This document shows, piece by piece, positions 16,853-25,944 of a stretch of 26,440 nt of DNA. The stretch spans positions 1-26,440 of the forward strand of contig JBBSMO010000001.1 in the NCBI GenBank assembly GCA_038233155.1, given 5' to 3'. The notes under the pieces are model-generated. The model had not been told where the DNA came from. It worked only from the letters and a program-made list of their open reading frames with translations, and made no database searches. Origin of the DNA: Longimicrobiales bacterium. GTDB lineage: Bacteria > Gemmatimonadota > Gemmatimonadetes > Longimicrobiales > Longimicrobiaceae. The stretch's first letter is position 1; every line of letters begins with the position of its first letter. The translations under genes were made by a program, and so were the position numbers.

Positions 16853-18949
16853 ATGGCGAAAGTTGACACGCAGTTTGCAGGCAGACCGCTGATTCTGGAG
16901 ACGGGCAAAATGGCTCGTCAGGCGGACGGTGCCTGTACCGTTCAGTTCGGCGACACCGTGGTTCTTTGCACGGCGGGCGCGCAGGACAAACCGACGCACC
17001 TCCCTTTCTTCCCGCTCACCATCGAGTATCGCGAGCGCACCTATGCTGCGGGCAAGATCCCCGGCGGGTTCATCAAGCGTGAAGGCCGCCCGTCGGACAA
17101 GGAGATCCTCTCCGCCCGGCTGATCGACCGGCCCCTGAGGCCGCTCTTTCCGAAGGGCTTCCAGAATGAAACGCAGATCTTCGTTTACGTCATTTCGGCG
17201 GATCAGGAGAATGACGCCGATGTGATCGCACTGACGGGCGCCTCGCTGGCCATCAACATGAGCCGCCTTCCCTTCGATACCTTAGTCGCCGCAGTCCGGA
17301 TCGGGCGGATCCAGGGGCAGTGGGTGTTGAACCCGACCTTTCAGCAGCTCGAATATTCCGACCTGGATGTGGTCGTTTCAGGGACCGACAGCGCCATCCT
17401 CATGGTGGAAGGCGGTGCTTTGGAAGTGCCCGAGGAAGAAATTGCCGAAGGGCTGCAGGTAGCGCACACGGGAATCAAGGAGCTGATCGGCATCCAGCGC
17501 AAGCTCCTCGACCAGCTCGACATCCCGCCGGTGATGGATTGGACGGCGATAGACGTCGAACCTTCCATTCGCGAGCGCATTATGGGCGCCGTCACGAACC
17601 GCATCAAAAGCGCGCTGAGCATTGGCGACAAAGCAGAGCGGAATGCCGCGCTTGCCGCCGCGCGCGCGGAAACGGTTACGGAGCTCGGCCCCGATCACGT
17701 GGACGCCGACAAGCACGTTTCCACCGTCAGCAAAGAGATCGAGAAGCAGGAGATGCGCGAGCAGGTGCTCTCGACTGGCAAGCGTTCGGACGGCCGCGGG
17801 CTGGACGATGTCCGCCCGATCACCGTAGAAGTCGGACTGCTGCCCAGGGCGCACGGCTCGGCGCTGTTCACCCGCGGCCAGACGCAGTCGCTGGGCGCGG
17901 TGACGCTCGGCACCTCAGCGGACGAGCAGCGCATGGACACCATCGATTTCGCCGAGCAGCAGAGCAAGTCCTTCATGCTCCACTACAACTTCCCGCCGTT
18001 CTCTACTGGCGAGGTTCGCCCGGTACGCGGCACAAGCCGCCGCGAGGTCGGGCACGGAGCACTCGCGGAGCGCGCCCTCGAGCCGGTTCTCCCGCCGTAC
18101 GACCAGTTTCCGTACACCATCCGGGTAGTTTCCGACGTGCTCGAGTCCAACGGCTCCTCCTCGATGGCGACGGTCTGTTCGGGTTCGCTCGCAATGATGG
18201 ATGCGGGCGTGCCGATCCGCACCGCCTGCGCCGGTGTGGCGATGGGGCTCATCAAGGAAGGGGACCGGGTCGCTGTGCTGACCGACATCCTCGGGATGGA
18301 AGACGCTCTGGGCGACATGGACTTCAAGGTGGCGGGGACGAGGGAAGGGGTCACCTCGATTCAGATGGACATCAAGATCGACGGGCTCACCCTGGATATC
18401 ATGAAAGACGCGTTGCAGCGGGCGCACAAGGCGCGCATGCACATCTTGGATGAGATGGAGAAGGCGCTCGCCGCACCGCGCGATGACTTGTCGGACTATG
18501 CGCCGCGCATTATCACCATCAAGATCAACCCGTCGAAGATCGGGGATGTGATCGGGCCGAAGGGCAAGACGATCCGCGGGATTCAGGAGGCGACCGGCGC
18601 CACCATCAATGTCGAGGACGACGGCTCGGTCATGATTTCGTCGGTATCAGGCGAGGCCGGCGAGCGGGCGCGCCGCATGGTCGCCGCCATCACCGAAGAC
18701 CCCGAAGTCGGCAAGGTGTATGAAGGCGTCGTCAAGAGCACGACATCCTTCGGGGCTTTCGTCGAAATCATGCCGGGTACCGAGGGTCTCTGCCACATCT
18801 CGGAGCTGCAAGACGGCCGCACCGACAAGACGGAAGATGTGCTCAACAAGGGCGAGGTTACGCACGTCAAGCTGCTCTCGATTGACGAGAAGGGCCGTCT
18901 GCGCCTGTCCCGCCGCGCCGCACTGGCGGAGATGGCTACCGCCGAGTAG
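16853..18949 (+). CDS. pnp: Polyribonucleotide nucleotidyltransferase (PNPase)
   Basis: ATG at 16853; FFPLTIEY.E..YAAGKIPGGFIKREGRP, RLIDRPLRPLFP, HGSALFTRGQTQ, SNGSSSMA, TDILG.ED..GDMDFKVAG, KH and S1 domains. Confidence 0.97.
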   Translation: MAKVDTQFAGRPLILETGKMARQADGACTVQFGDTVVLCTAGAQDKPTHLPFFPLTIEYRERTYAAGKIPGGFIKREGRPSDKEILSARLIDRPLRPLFPKGFQNETQIFVYVISADQENDADVIALTGASLAINMSRLPFDTLVAAVRIGRIQGQWVLNPTFQQLEYSDLDVVVSGTDSAILMVEGGALEVPEEEIAEGLQVAHTGIKELIGIQRKLLDQLDIPPVMDWTAIDVEPSIRERIMGAVTNRIKSALSIGDKAERNAALAAARAETVTELGPDHVDADKHVSTVSKEIEKQEMREQVLSTGKRSDGRGLDDVRPITVEVGLLPRAHGSALFTRGQTQSLGAVTLGTSADEQRMDTIDFAEQQSKSFMLHYNFPPFSTGEVRPVRGTSRREVGHGALAERALEPVLPPYDQFPYTIRVVSDVLESNGSSSMATVCSGSLAMMDAGVPIRTACAGVAMGLIKEGDRVAVLTDILGMEDALGDMDFKVAGTREGVTSIQMDIKIDGLTLDIMKDALQRAHKARMHILDEMEKALAAPRDDLSDYAPRIITIKINPSKIGDVIGPKGKTIRGIQEATGATINVEDDGSVMISSVSGEAGERARRMVAAITEDPEVGKVYEGVVKSTTSFGAFVEIMPGTEGLCHISELQDGRTDKTEDVLNKGEVTHVKLLSIDEKGRLRLSRRAALAEMATAE

Positions 18950-18972
18950 CCGGCGGACGACGGGGCTGACCG

Positions 18973-19017
18973 GCCGCAGGGGCGGGCGCGGCAATTCGCC
19001 GTACCTGCCCCTGCGGC
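18973..19017. repeat. Long GC-rich hairpin downstream of pnp
   Basis: GCCGCAGGGGCGGG (18973-18986) pairs with CCTGCCCCTGCGGC (19004-19017, one G-U); inner CGGC/GCCG with AATTC loop; no U tract. Confidence 0.75.
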
Positions 19018-19129
19018 GTATAGCCTACGTCTTGGTTCCGCTCTCGCGCCCGCGCGCCGCTACCCCCATATTGTGCGGTTGCGGCGTTCCCCCGCGAGTG
19101 TCCCCACCTATCTCAAATTTCAGAATCGC

Positions 19130-20245
19130 ATGCTGATCGGAGTTCCCAAAGAGGTCAAAACCAACGAGCACCGGGTAGCGCTCGTTCCAGCGGGTGCCGA
19201 AGCGTTGGTAGTAGCCGGTCACCAGGTCCTCGTCGAGGCCCATGGCGGCGAGGGGAGCGGCTTTTCCGATCAGACCTACGTTGACGCGGGCGCCGAGATC
19301 GCCGGAACGGCCGAAGACGTGTGGGAGCGCGCGGAGATGATCATGAAGGTAAAGGAGCCGACCCCCGTGGAATACCCGCGGATGCGGGAGGGCCAGATCC
19401 TCTTCACCTACTTCCACTTCGCCGCCGACCAACGCCTCACGCAAGCCGTGATCAATTCCGGCGCGTTGGCCATTGCCTACGAGACGGTGCAGTTGCCTTC
19501 CGGCGAGCTGCCGCTGCTCACCCCCATGAGTGAAGTCGCCGGCCGCATGGCGGTACAGGAAGGCGCCAAGTACCTCGAGAAGTACTATGGCGGGCGCGGC
19601 ATGCTCCTGGGCGGTGTACCGGGCGTCCCCCCGGCAGACGTGGTAATACTCGGCGGCGGGGTGGTAGGGACCAACGCCGCCAAAATCGCTGCCGGCATGG
19701 GCGCTCATGTCCGTATTCTGGACGTATCGCTGCCGCGGCTGCGGTATCTTTCGGATGTGATGCCGGCCAACGTAGACCTGGTTCACTCGAATCGGCACAA
19801 CATCCTCGAGCAGATCGCGGTGGCGGACCTGCTGGTCGGCGCGGTGCTGCTACCGGGTGCAAAGGCGCCCATGCTCGTGCGCCGCGAGGACATCAGTTGC
19901 ATGAAGGCCGGCGCTGTGGTGGTAGATGTAGCCGTGGACCAAGGCGGCTGCGTAGCCACCATTCACCCGACCACGCACGAGGACCCGATCTACGAGGTAG
20001 ACGGGGTGATCCACTACGGGGTTGCGAACATGCCGGGCGCGGTTCCGCGTACGAGCACTCTGGCGCTCACCAATGCCACCTTTCCGTACGCGGCGCGGCT
20101 GGCGTCCATGGGGTGGAAGGATGCCTGCAGGCGGGACCCCGCGCTCGCGCTCGGCATCAACGTCGCTGCCGGAAATGTGGTGTACCCCGGGGTCGCCGAG
20201 GCATTCGGGCTGCCCCTTTCGCCGCTGCCGGAGGTGCTGGCTTGA
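19130..20245 (+). CDS. ald: Alanine dehydrogenase
   Basis: ATG at 19130; [71 protein letters not shown]. Confidence 0.95.
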   Translation: MLIGVPKEVKTNEHRVALVPAGAEALVVAGHQVLVEAHGGEGSGFSDQTYVDAGAEIAGTAEDVWERAEMIMKVKEPTPVEYPRMREGQILFTYFHFAADQRLTQAVINSGALAIAYETVQLPSGELPLLTPMSEVAGRMAVQEGAKYLEKYYGGRGMLLGGVPGVPPADVVILGGGVVGTNAAKIAAGMGAHVRILDVSLPRLRYLSDVMPANVDLVHSNRHNILEQIAVADLLVGAVLLPGAKAPMLVRREDISCMKAGAVVVDVAVDQGGCVATIHPTTHEDPIYEVDGVIHYGVANMPGAVPRTSTLALTNATFPYAARLASMGWKDACRRDPALALGINVAAGNVVYPGVAEAFGLPLSPLPEVLA

Positions 20246-20305
20246 ACCGTGGCCGTGTCGCGCCGTAGCGCCAGCCCCGGCCGCTACCAAGCAAGCTTAT
20301 CTCCT

Positions 20306-20743
20306 GTGCACGTACGCATTCTGCGCCTCCCGCACAACCCGGATTTGCCGCTGCCCGCGCGTCAGACGGCCGGAGCCGCCGGGTATGACGTCGCCTCCGC
20401 CGAGGCGGATTTCATCCTGCGGCCGGGCGAGCGCAAGGCCGTTGCTACGGGCTTCGCTATCGAGCTGCCACCCGGCATCGAGTGCCAGGTCCGCCCGCGG
20501 TCGGGGCTAGCGCTCCGCTCCGGTCTCACCTTGCCGAACGCCCCGGCGACCATCGATCCCGACTACCGCGGCGAACTCCGCGTCATCCTTTCGAACACGG
20601 GTGCGGAGCCCGTTTCCATTGCCCGCGGCTCGCGCATTGCACAACTCGTGTTCGCTAGGTTCGAAACGCCAGAGCTGCTTCCCGCTGCCGCGCTATCCGA
20701 GAGCGGGCGCGGAACGGGCGGGTTCGGCTCCACCGGCGGGTGA
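20306..20743 (+). CDS. dut: dUTP diphosphatase
   Basis: All five dUTPase motifs: AGYDV, RPRSGLA, TIDPDYRGE, RIAQLV, RGTGGFGSTG. Start GTG 20306 inferred. Confidence 0.95.
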   Translation: MHVRILRLPHNPDLPLPARQTAGAAGYDVASAEADFILRPGERKAVATGFAIELPPGIECQVRPRSGLALRSGLTLPNAPATIDPDYRGELRVILSNTGAEPVSIARGSRIAQLVFARFETPELLPAAALSESGRGTGGFGSTGG

Positions 20744-20790
20744 GTGCCAGCGCGGCGGCCCTGGCGTCCGCTGGACGAGTCCGGGTCTTC

Positions 20791-20819
20791 TTGCGACCCG
20801 GAACGCTCCCGGCTAACTT
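20791..20819 (+). promoter_or_regulatory. Sigma70-type promoter of the mre operon
   Basis: TTGCGA (20791-20796), 17 bp, TAACTT (20814-20819), about 95 nt upstream of the mreB ATG. Confidence 0.6.
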
Positions 20820-20912
20820 TCATGACTCCGTAGTCGTGCCACTTCTCTACGACCGCATGCCGGCGCGGGCGGCCGGTGTTTGGTCGCTTCGTGTCGCTCA
20901 ACCCTCGCATTC

Positions 20913-21950
20913 ATGGCGTTTCGCTGGCTGAGGGCGGGCAATCTCCTCCCGCTCAACGACATCGCGGTAGATCTCGGTACCGCCAACACCCTGGTGTACG
21001 TCAAGGGCGAGGGGATTATCTTGAACGAGCCTTCCGTGGTCGCGATGGAACGTGCGTCCGGGCGAATCAAGGGCATTGGCCTCGAGGCCAAGCGGATGCT
21101 GGGCCGCACGCCCGAAGGCATCCTTGCCATCCGCCCGCTCAAGGACGGCGTCATAGCCGATGTGGATGTAACGGAGATCATGCTCCGCTACTTCCTCGAA
21201 ACCGTCACGTCGAAGCGGTTCCTGCGGCTGAAGCCGCTGATCGTCGTCGGCGTGCCCTCGGGCATCACCGAACTCGAGCGGCGCGCCGTCCGCTCGAGCG
21301 CTCAGGCAGCGGGTGCGAAAGAAGTGTACATGATCGCCGAGCCGATGGCCGCCGCCATCGGAGTAGGGTTGCCGGTCGAGACGCCGACGGGCAACATGGT
21401 GATCGACATCGGCGGGGGTACTACGGAAATTGCGGTGATCGCACTTTCTGGCATCGTATCGGACACTTCGATCCGCGTGGGTGGTGACGAGATCGATAAT
21501 GCGATCGTCACTTTTTTGCGTAAGAACTACAACTTGATGATCGGGGAACCGACGGCGGAGGGCGTCAAAATACAGATCGGGTCGGCGTTCAGCACGGGCG
21601 AGGAGCGGGAGATGGACGTGAAGGGGCGGGACCTCGTCTCCGGCATCCCAAAAACCGTGCGGGTGAACTCGCAGGAGATCCGCGAGACGATCCAGGAACC
21701 CATTCAGGCGATTGTAGAAGCGGTTCGCCGCGCGCTCGAGATCACCCCGCCCGAGTTGGCATCCGATATCGTGGACCGCGGAATCGTCATGACGGGCGGC
21801 GGCGCTCTGATCCGCGGCTTGGACGCATTGATCGCCCGGGAGACCGGCCTGCCTATCCATGTGGACGAAGAGCCGCTCACCTGCGTGGTACGAGGTGCGG
21901 GGCGGGTATTGGATGATTTCGTCAAGTACAACGGAGTGTTGGCAACCTGA
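20913..21950 (+). CDS. mreB: Rod shape-determining protein MreB
   Basis: DLGTANT, EPSVVA, RPLKDGVIAD, EPMAAAIG, DIGGGTTE, GGDEID, TGGGAL. ATG 20913 chosen as start. Confidence 0.97.
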   Translation: MAFRWLRAGNLLPLNDIAVDLGTANTLVYVKGEGIILNEPSVVAMERASGRIKGIGLEAKRMLGRTPEGILAIRPLKDGVIADVDVTEIMLRYFLETVTSKRFLRLKPLIVVGVPSGITELERRAVRSSAQAAGAKEVYMIAEPMAAAIGVGLPVETPTGNMVIDIGGGTTEIAVIALSGIVSDTSIRVGGDEIDNAIVTFLRKNYNLMIGEPTAEGVKIQIGSAFSTGEEREMDVKGRDLVSGIPKTVRVNSQEIRETIQEPIQAIVEAVRRALEITPPELASDIVDRGIVMTGGGALIRGLDALIARETGLPIHVDEEPLTCVVRGAGRVLDDFVKYNGVLAT

Positions 21951-23053
21951 GTACCTTCAAACCCTACGCTACGGGCGGCGGTGAGCGGGGACGGCGTCGC
22001 GAGTTTCTAGTCTTCCTCTTCTTCCTGTTCCTTGCGCTCGTGCTCCGTCTGCTCCCCCTCGGCTACCGCCAGCCGGTCGGGGAGGTGGTGCGTGCCACGG
22101 TTCTGCGGCCGGTGATCAGCTTGCGGCGCGAAGCCGCGGCGAGCGATGCCCGCCTTTCCGACCCCGTCCGCCTCCGGGCCGAGCGCGACAGCCTCGCTGC
22201 TTATCTGGTCGGGCAAGCAACGTTGCAAGCGGAAAACAATCAGCTCCGCAGCCTCCTCGGGCTGCGGCAGAGGCTGCCGCAGGGGTTTATCGCCGCGGAG
22301 GTAATGCGCGTGCCCGAGCGCAGCTTTGAAGGAGCGTTCCTGCTCACTGCTGGCGCGGGGGAAGGTGTTTCCGTCGGTTCGCCCATCGTCACCGCATCCG
22401 GCCTGGTTGGAATGGTTCGCGAGACGGACGCGCGGCTCGCCATGGGGATCGACTGGACCAACGCCGACTTCCGCGCCAGCGCGATGACGGTAGACGGGGA
22501 GACGTACGGGATCGTAGAGCCGCGCACCAGCACGCTCGGCGAGTCCATGCTTGCGCTGACCGGCACCGCCTTCCACACGGAGCTGCCGGAAGGTACGCTC
22601 ATCGTCACCTCCGGGCGCGGCGGCGTCTACCCGCGCGGCGTGCCGATCGGCCGGGTCGCCGGTACCGAGGATGCGGAAGGTGGCTGGCGGAAGAGCTACC
22701 TGCTACGGCCGCTGGTGAGCCCCGCCGAAATGAGCCATGTGCTGGTGCTCGCGGGTACACGCGAGTCGCTGGACGATCACGACCTCGCGCTGAGTTGGGG
22801 CATTCAGCTCCCTGCGCCGAGCGCCGTCGACAGTGCCGCGCTTGCGACTCCGCCCAGCCTAGACGGGGGGACGCCAGCGGCCGCAGAAGGCGCCGCGGAG
22901 CCGGCTGCCGCCGCCGTGGTTGGGCCGGCCGAGGCACCGGCTACTCCGGCCCCGCGGCCGGCACCCGCGCGCCCTGCTGAACCCCAGTTGCTCGGCACCC
23001 CGGTCGTACCGCCCGACACGTCGGCAACCGGCGCGCGGGAGGGGGGTGGATGA
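21947..23053 (+). CDS. mreC: Rod shape-determining protein MreC with Pro/Ala-rich tail; probable CTG start
   Basis: AENNQLRSLLGL, GLVG.V, IVTSGRGGVYPRGVPIGRV. The hydrophobic anchor (EFLVFLFFLFLALVL) begins upstream of the ORF-track GTG at 22040; frame is open from 21917 and CTG 21947 follows GGAG at 21933-21936. Confidence 0.88.
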   Translation: MSTFKPYATGGGERGRRREFLVFLFFLFLALVLRLLPLGYRQPVGEVVRATVLRPVISLRREAAASDARLSDPVRLRAERDSLAAYLVGQATLQAENNQLRSLLGLRQRLPQGFIAAEVMRVPERSFEGAFLLTAGAGEGVSVGSPIVTASGLVGMVRETDARLAMGIDWTNADFRASAMTVDGETYGIVEPRTSTLGESMLALTGTAFHTELPEGTLIVTSGRGGVYPRGVPIGRVAGTEDAEGGWRKSYLLRPLVSPAEMSHVLVLAGTRESLDDHDLALSWGIQLPAPSAVDSAALATPPSLDGGTPAAAEGAAEPAAAAVVGPAEAPATPAPRPAPARPAEPQLLGTPVVPPDTSATGAREGGG

Positions 23054-23517
23054 CGGTTCGCTGGCCGATGGTATTCTTCATCTTCCTGCTCGTTGTCCTG
23101 CACTTCGTGTTGCGCATCGGCCTGGGACTCGGCCCTCTCTCACCGGATCTGCTGGTGGTCGCCGTGTTGCTCGCCGCCCGGGAGATGCGGGCTGGCGCCG
23201 CCGCCGGGCTCGGCTTGCTGCTCGGCATATTGGACGGAGCCGTGGTTCCGTATGCCATGGGCGCGAGCGCCGTGGTGCTGACGGTGCTCGGGTACTTCGG
23301 CTCGCGGACCAAGCACTTCGTCGTCGGTGACGGTCTCGCCTTTCTCGCGCTCTACATCTTCGCCGGGAAGTGGCTGTTCGATCTGCTGCTCTTCGTAGTG
23401 GCGGATCCCGCCAGCGGCCGGGACATCGCCTCTCTGCTCCTGATTTCTCCCTTTGCCGCCGTGTACGCTGCCATCGCGGGCATTCTGCTCGTGGCGGGCT
23501 ACCGAGTGGTCACCTGA
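23050..23517 (+). CDS. mreD: Rod shape-determining protein MreD
   Basis: Very hydrophobic 155 aa, PDLLVVAV, G...GLLLGILDG; ATGA overlap with the mreC stop. Confidence 0.88.
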   Translation: MTVRWPMVFFIFLLVVLHFVLRIGLGLGPLSPDLLVVAVLLAAREMRAGAAAGLGLLLGILDGAVVPYAMGASAVVLTVLGYFGSRTKHFVVGDGLAFLALYIFAGKWLFDLLLFVVADPASGRDIASLLLISPFAAVYAAIAGILLVAGYRVVT

Positions 23518-23525
23518 TTTACTAG

Positions 23526-24767
23526 ATGCCGCGTGTACGACAACTCGGGCTAGGCGATCCCGTGCTTTTCGGCTTGGTCGTCGGGCTGGCCATTTACGGC
23601 ATTCTGATGGTCTACAGCGCCGGCGTGGTAGATGTCCCCAACAGCATCGTCGGCGGGCTCTGGCGCCAGCAGACGCTCTGGTTCGTGCTTGGCACTCTTG
23701 CCTTGCCGGTCGTGCTGCGCGTACCGATCACCTGGGTGGAATGGGCAGCCCAGCCCCTGTACGCCTTCATCTGCATCCTCCTGCTCCTCACGCTGTTCAT
23801 CGGCACCGGCGCGGGTACCGCGCAAAGTGTTTCCGGGTGGATCGCCGTCGGGCCCATCCGCGTTCAGCCGGCCGAGTTCGCCAAGATCGGCGTAATCCTC
23901 ATGCTTGCCCGCGTCCTCGGCGAGTGGCGCGAACCGCCGAAAACACTATGGGCGCTCTGGAAACCCATCGGAGTGGTACTGCTCCCGATGGGGCTGGTGA
24001 TGCTGCAGCCGGACCTCGGCACCGGGCTGGTCTTTTCCTCCATCCTGATCATGATGCTGTTCTGGGCCGGCACGCCGCTCCCTACGCTGTTCTTTCTGAT
24101 CAGCCCCGTGCTCGGTCTCTTCATCTCGATCAATCCGTGGCTGTGGGGCGTGTATATCGTTTTGCTCGCGCTCGCCTTGGCCTTTCTCTACCGGCCGTAC
24201 CTGTCGGAAGGGATCACCATCATGCTCGCCAACGTTGTAGCGGGCACCATCGCTTTGCCGCTCTGGAACCAGCTCGCTCCCTATCAGAAGAACCGGTTCC
24301 TGGTTTTCCTAGACCCGTCGGCCGATCCGCGTGGTGCGGGGTACAACCTGATTCAGTCTCGTGTGGCCATCGGCAGCGGCGGCCTGTTCGGCAAAGGGTT
24401 CACCGACGGAACGCAGAAGCGCCTCGCATTTCTGCCCGAGCAGCACACCGACTTCATCTTCGCCGTGATAGGCGAGGAGATGGGCTTTCTGTTCGGCGTG
24501 CTCCCGATCTTGATCGCTTTCGGCCTGATCTTCTGGCGGCTCGTGCGGGTGTCCGAGATGTCCTCCGATCCGTTTGCCAGCCTGGTACCCTTCGGTTTGT
24601 TCGGGAGCTGGTTCGCGCACGTACTCGTCAATACCGGAATGACCGTTGGCATCATGCCCATCACCGGCATTCCCTTGCCGTTTCTCAGCTACGGCGGCTC
24701 CTTTCTGCTCGTGAACTTGGTTGCGATGGGCTTGATCCAGCGCATCGCAGCCGAAGCGGGCGGGTAG
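23526..24767 (+). CDS. rodA: SEDS peptidoglycan glycosyltransferase RodA
   Basis: QPAEFAK, QPDLGT, GYNLIQSRVAIGSGG, FLPEQHTDFIF (catalytic Asp), GIPLPFLSYGGS; located in the mre operon. Confidence 0.93.
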   Translation: MPRVRQLGLGDPVLFGLVVGLAIYGILMVYSAGVVDVPNSIVGGLWRQQTLWFVLGTLALPVVLRVPITWVEWAAQPLYAFICILLLLTLFIGTGAGTAQSVSGWIAVGPIRVQPAEFAKIGVILMLARVLGEWREPPKTLWALWKPIGVVLLPMGLVMLQPDLGTGLVFSSILIMMLFWAGTPLPTLFFLISPVLGLFISINPWLWGVYIVLLALALAFLYRPYLSEGITIMLANVVAGTIALPLWNQLAPYQKNRFLVFLDPSADPRGAGYNLIQSRVAIGSGGLFGKGFTDGTQKRLAFLPEQHTDFIFAVIGEEMGFLFGVLPILIAFGLIFWRLVRVSEMSSDPFASLVPFGLFGSWFAHVLVNTGMTVGIMPITGIPLPFLSYGGSFLLVNLVAMGLIQRIAAEAGG

Positions 24768-24783
24768 AAGCCGGCCAACGGCA

Positions 24784-25044
24784 ATTCTTGATTTTGGATT
24801 TTGGATTTTTGATTGGCAGGTCAGATCCTTCGCTGCGCTCAGGATGACACAACGAGCGATGAGGGAGCTTGCACCTGGCTGTCGTCCTGAGGGAGCTTGC
24901 ATTTATCTGTCATCCTGAGGGAGCTTGCGACCGAAGGATCTCGGGCGGTGGCCGCAGCGGGGTAAAAGCAGTTTATCGGCACGCTTCTACAGCCTCCGCC
25001 GCGCCGGACCCACGGAAACCAAAATTCAAATTTCATAATCCAAT
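24784..25044. repeat. Composite intergenic repeat: inverted heptamer arrays enclosing an inverted REP-like pair and 28-bp tandem units
   Basis: ATTTTGG-type heptamers 24784-24816; AGATCCTTCGCTGCGCTCAGGATGACA 24823-24849; TGAGGGAGCTTGC at 24860, 24888, 24916; TGTCATCCTGAG...CGAAGGATCT 24908-24941; CCAAAAT-type heptamers 25019-25044. Confidence 0.85.
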
Positions 25045-25053
25045 ATCTTCCTA

Positions 25054-25944
25054 ATGGCTTGGTTCCGAAAACCGAAGACGCGGCTGCAAGCGTCGGATCG
25101 CCGCGAGGCGCCGGGCGATGTCTGGGAGAAGTGCCCCGGCTGTTCCGAGATCCTGTACCGGCAGCGGCTCGAGGAGAGCGCGCAGGTCTGCCCCGAGTGC
25201 GGCTATCACAACCGGATGTCTGCCGCGGCGTACGTCGCGCTGCTCATAGACGAGGGGTCATTCCAGGAGCACGACCGGGACCTTCGCTCGGCAGATCCGC
25301 TCGGGTTTGTGGACCTGAAGCGCTACCCAGACCGGCTGGCGCAGGCCGAGCGAAAGTTCGGCGCCGGCGATGCCGTGGTAACGGGGCAAGGGCTGCTGGA
25401 CGAGATCCCCGTGCACCTCGCGGTGATGAATTTTGCGTTTATCGGCGGCTCGATGGGTTCCGTCGTCGGCGAAAAGATCGCACGCGCGGGGAATCGCGCG
25501 CTGGCGGCGAACGAGCCGTTGATCATCGTCTCCGCTTCCGGCGGCGCCCGCATGATGGAAGGGATCTTCTCGTTGATGCAGATGGCGAAGACCTCGTCCG
25601 TCCTCGCGCAGCTACACGAGGAAGGCATCCCCTACATCTCCGTGCTTACAGACCCGACCACCGGCGGCGTTACCGCCTCGTACGCCATGCTCGGAGATGC
25701 GAATCTGGCGGAGCCAAAGGCGCTGATCGGCTTCGCCGGCCCGCGCGTTATCGAGCAGACGATCAAGCAGGAGCTGCCGCCCGGCTTCCAACGGTCCGAA
25801 TTTCTGCTCGACCATGGCATGATCGACCGGATCGTAGACCGCCGCGAGATGAAGGTCGAGATCTCTCGTCTCCTGCGCCACATGTCGGGACTCCCGCCGC
25901 GAGAGGAAGCAGACGGACTGAACGGCGAGTCGGCGGATGAATGA
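25054..25944 (+). CDS. accD: Acetyl-CoA carboxylase carboxyltransferase beta subunit
   Basis: C4 zinc finger WEKCPGC...VCPECGYH, GGSMGSVVGEKI, SGGARMMEG..SLMQMAK, PTTGGVTAS, IGFAGPRVIEQT, FQRSEFLLDHGMID. Confidence 0.97.
   Translation: MAWFRKPKTRLQASDRREAPGDVWEKCPGCSEILYRQRLEESAQVCPECGYHNRMSAAAYVALLIDEGSFQEHDRDLRSADPLGFVDLKRYPDRLAQAERKFGAGDAVVTGQGLLDEIPVHLAVMNFAFIGGSMGSVVGEKIARAGNRALAANEPLIIVSASGGARMMEGIFSLMQMAKTSSVLAQLHEEGIPYISVLTDPTTGGVTASYAMLGDANLAEPKALIGFAGPRVIEQTIKQELPPGFQRSEFLLDHGMIDRIVDRREMKVEISRLLRHMSGLPPREEADGLNGESADE

Noticed and set aside
19044-19072. Possible ald promoter TCGCGC-17-CATATT
   Set aside because: The -35 match is too weak to support in GC-rich DNA.
20740-20931. 63-aa ORF overlapping the dut stop
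   Set aside because: No recognisable motif, spans the predicted mre promoter and overlaps the mreB start; the GTGA overlap alone is weak evidence.
24851-24934. Mini-CRISPR array
   Set aside because: Only a 13-bp core repeats three times, the intervening 15 nt are too short and partly conserved, no cas genes, and the unit is part of a REP-like arm.
24309-25054. ORFs crossing the rodA-accD repeat (VILSAAKDL, SKIQNPKS, CHPEGACDRRIS peptides)
   Set aside because: These peptides are translations of the repeat DNA; one ORF is mostly antisense to rodA.
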